DNA of 64,000 nucleotides from Burkholderiaceae bacterium (GTDB taxonomy: Bacteria; Pseudomonadota; Gammaproteobacteria; Burkholderiales; Burkholderiaceae_B): positions 43,648 through 107,647 of the forward strand of contig JANQYI010000013.1 in assembly GCA_030728985.1 (NCBI GenBank). The letters are read 5' to 3'. Under the pieces are notes generated by a model, which searched no databases, was not told the origin of the DNA, and saw only the letters and a program-made list of their open reading frames with translations. The first letter of the stretch is position 1, and every line of letters begins with the position of its first letter. Below, one piece after another: positions 62,244-64,000 of this stretch. Position numbers and translations under genes: made by a program.

Positions 62244-63853
62244 AAAATATTAGCCCCTCTTATGTAGAACCAAAAATCTTAAAACAATGGTTGCACGATG
62301 GTAATGAATTAGCGTTATTGGATGTACGCGAGCACGGACAATATGGTGAAGAGCATTTGTTTTATGTTGTTTCTGTTCCATATAGTCGCCTAGAAATAGA
62401 AGTAAAAAGACTCGTTCCTCGTAAAACTGTCCGAATGGTTTTGATTGGCGATGATGATGGACACATTTCATTAAAAGCCATTAAAAGACTTACAGCCTTA
62501 GGATATACAAACATGTATGTTCTCAAGGGTGGAATGCCCTCTTGGAAGTCTGAGGGCTATGAGGTCTTTGCCGGTGTTAATTTACCTAGCAAAGCTTTTG
62601 GTGAGCTTGCGGAACATGCCTTCGATACGCCACGCATTTCAGCACAAGAATTAAACAAAAAAATAAAGAATAAAGAAAACCTCATTGTGTTGGATGGCAG
62701 ACCATTTTCTGAATTCAAAAAAATGAGTATCCCAACGGCGATGTGCTGCCCCAATGGCGAGTTACCGCTTCGCATTGATGACATCGTAACGGACCCAGAG
62801 ACAACCATCGTCATTAATTGTGCTGGACGAACCCGAAGCATTATTGGCGCCCAAACGCTAATCAATCTTGGTATTCGCAATGAAGTTTTAGCGCTTGAAA
62901 ATGGTACACAAGGCTGGTACCTAGAAGACCTTAAACTTGAACATGGCCAAACGCAAAGACACCCATTAAATATTAAGCACGACGCTTTAGAACATCGTCA
63001 ACGCCGTGCGCGCGAGTTAGCAGAAAAACATAATGTCAAATTTGTAAATCGCTCGACCGTCCAGCAATGGCAAAATGATGAGCAGCGCTCAGTTTTCATT
63101 TGCGACGTACGCACACCCGAAGAATATGCTCAGGGCTCAGTTCAGGGCGCTCAGCTTTGTCCGGGAGGCCAGCTCGTTCAAGCAACAGATCAATATGTAG
63201 GAATCAAAGGCGCACGGCTCGTTTTGGTGGACAGTGAGGGAGTTCGGGCACCTGCAATGGCTTCTTGGCTGGCAATGCTAGGTTGGGATGTTGCTGTATG
63301 GGAAAAAGCCTTTGAAACAACCGATGCAAAGCCGACAACACCTCAAGAACAACATGCTGAAGACATTAAACAAGCAACGGGTGTTCAAACATTGCAAATC
63401 TCGGTCCAAGAAATGCCAGCACTTTTGCGTGAAGGTGCTGTGCTGATTGATTTGCGACCAAGCATGCAATATCGGAAGTCGCACATTAAATCAGCAATCT
63501 GGTCGATCAGACCAAAATTGGTAGAGCTTTCAAGCAAATTTCAGACGCAGACGGTGATTTTGATTGCAGAAGATCGCGAATTGGCACAAATTGCAGCAAT
63601 CGATATAAAAGAACTAGGCGCCGACAAAATTTTTATCAATACACAAGAAGAAAAAAATTGGTCAATGGCTGCGTTGGAGATCGAAACAACCCCACAAAAT
63701 CCCAGAGACGACAAATGCATCGATTATTTGTTTTTTGTCCATGACCGACACGACGGAAACAAGGCGGCTGCTAGGCAGTACTTGGCCTGGGAAATTAATT
63801 TATTAGCGCAAATCGATGATCAAGAAAGAGCCGCATTTCGTTTGCCCCACTAG
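62240..63853 (+). CDS. Multi-domain (four-repeat) rhodanese-like sulfurtransferase
   Basis: Four rhodanese repeats (LDVRE, LDGRP, CDVRT, IDLRP); active-site-like NCAGRTRS in repeat 2; ATGA overlap with parB. Confidence 0.85.
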   Translation: MKNISPSYVEPKILKQWLHDGNELALLDVREHGQYGEEHLFYVVSVPYSRLEIEVKRLVPRKTVRMVLIGDDDGHISLKAIKRLTALGYTNMYVLKGGMPSWKSEGYEVFAGVNLPSKAFGELAEHAFDTPRISAQELNKKIKNKENLIVLDGRPFSEFKKMSIPTAMCCPNGELPLRIDDIVTDPETTIVINCAGRTRSIIGAQTLINLGIRNEVLALENGTQGWYLEDLKLEHGQTQRHPLNIKHDALEHRQRRARELAEKHNVKFVNRSTVQQWQNDEQRSVFICDVRTPEEYAQGSVQGAQLCPGGQLVQATDQYVGIKGARLVLVDSEGVRAPAMASWLAMLGWDVAVWEKAFETTDAKPTTPQEQHAEDIKQATGVQTLQISVQEMPALLREGAVLIDLRPSMQYRKSHIKSAIWSIRPKLVELSSKFQTQTVILIAEDRELAQIAAIDIKELGADKIFINTQEEKNWSMAALEIETTPQNPRDDKCIDYLFFVHDRHDGNKAAARQYLAWEINLLAQIDDQERAAFRLPH

Positions 63854-64000
63854 TTAACTAAAAATAGTTTAGCAAAGTCCTGTCCTTAAGCTCAGAATAA
63901 CGACGCCCAATCACCTGAACTGCAAAGCACGATCGCGCCGGACATTTCCACTTAGCAGATACCGAACATTCTCACGTTGCACCAACAAAGGCGGCTAACA

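Noticed and set aside
63854-64000. Terminal 147 bp as a partial gene or riboswitch
   Set aside because: All three minus-strand frames hit stops early and I recognised no RNA motif; cannot be resolved without downstream sequence

Overview
This is a gene-dense chromosomal window from a betaproteobacterium. Gene content and order (Bug/TTT receptor, topB-SET, dnaA-dnaN-gyrB without recF) suggest Burkholderiales, probably Alcaligenaceae; this is inference. In order it carries: the end of a Sox thiosulfate-oxidation cluster (soxA partial, soxX, soxB, DsrE-like, MBL hydrolase, TlpA); a head-to-head hppA/ppa pair; and an unassigned catabolic cluster (two alpha/beta hydrolases, TTT receptor, PuuE-like CE4 hydrolase, non-canonical GGT-family enzyme, PaiB, class II aldolase, 2-hydroxyacid dehydrogenase). 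Next come rhlE, prfC, an isolated rpoN, and leuA with a leucine attenuator missed by the ORF track. These are followed by smg-gluQ-topB-panB-SET (TopB has a histone-H1-like Lys-rich tail), TAXI-TRAP and liuBD, metC, and argS-SPOR-dsbA. The window ends with the origin region: gyrB-dnaN-dnaA, rpmH-rnpA-yidD-yidC-mnmE, oriC, two intervening genes, two parS sites, mnmG-rsmG-parA-parB and a multi-domain rhodanese. I saw no rRNA, tRNA, CRISPR, prophage or transposase. The best leads are a possible bacterial 'chromatin' module (SET methyltransferase plus H1-tailed topoisomerase III), the orphan amidohydrolase cluster, and the origin elements separated by two genes. All product calls come from motif recognition; no database searches were run.
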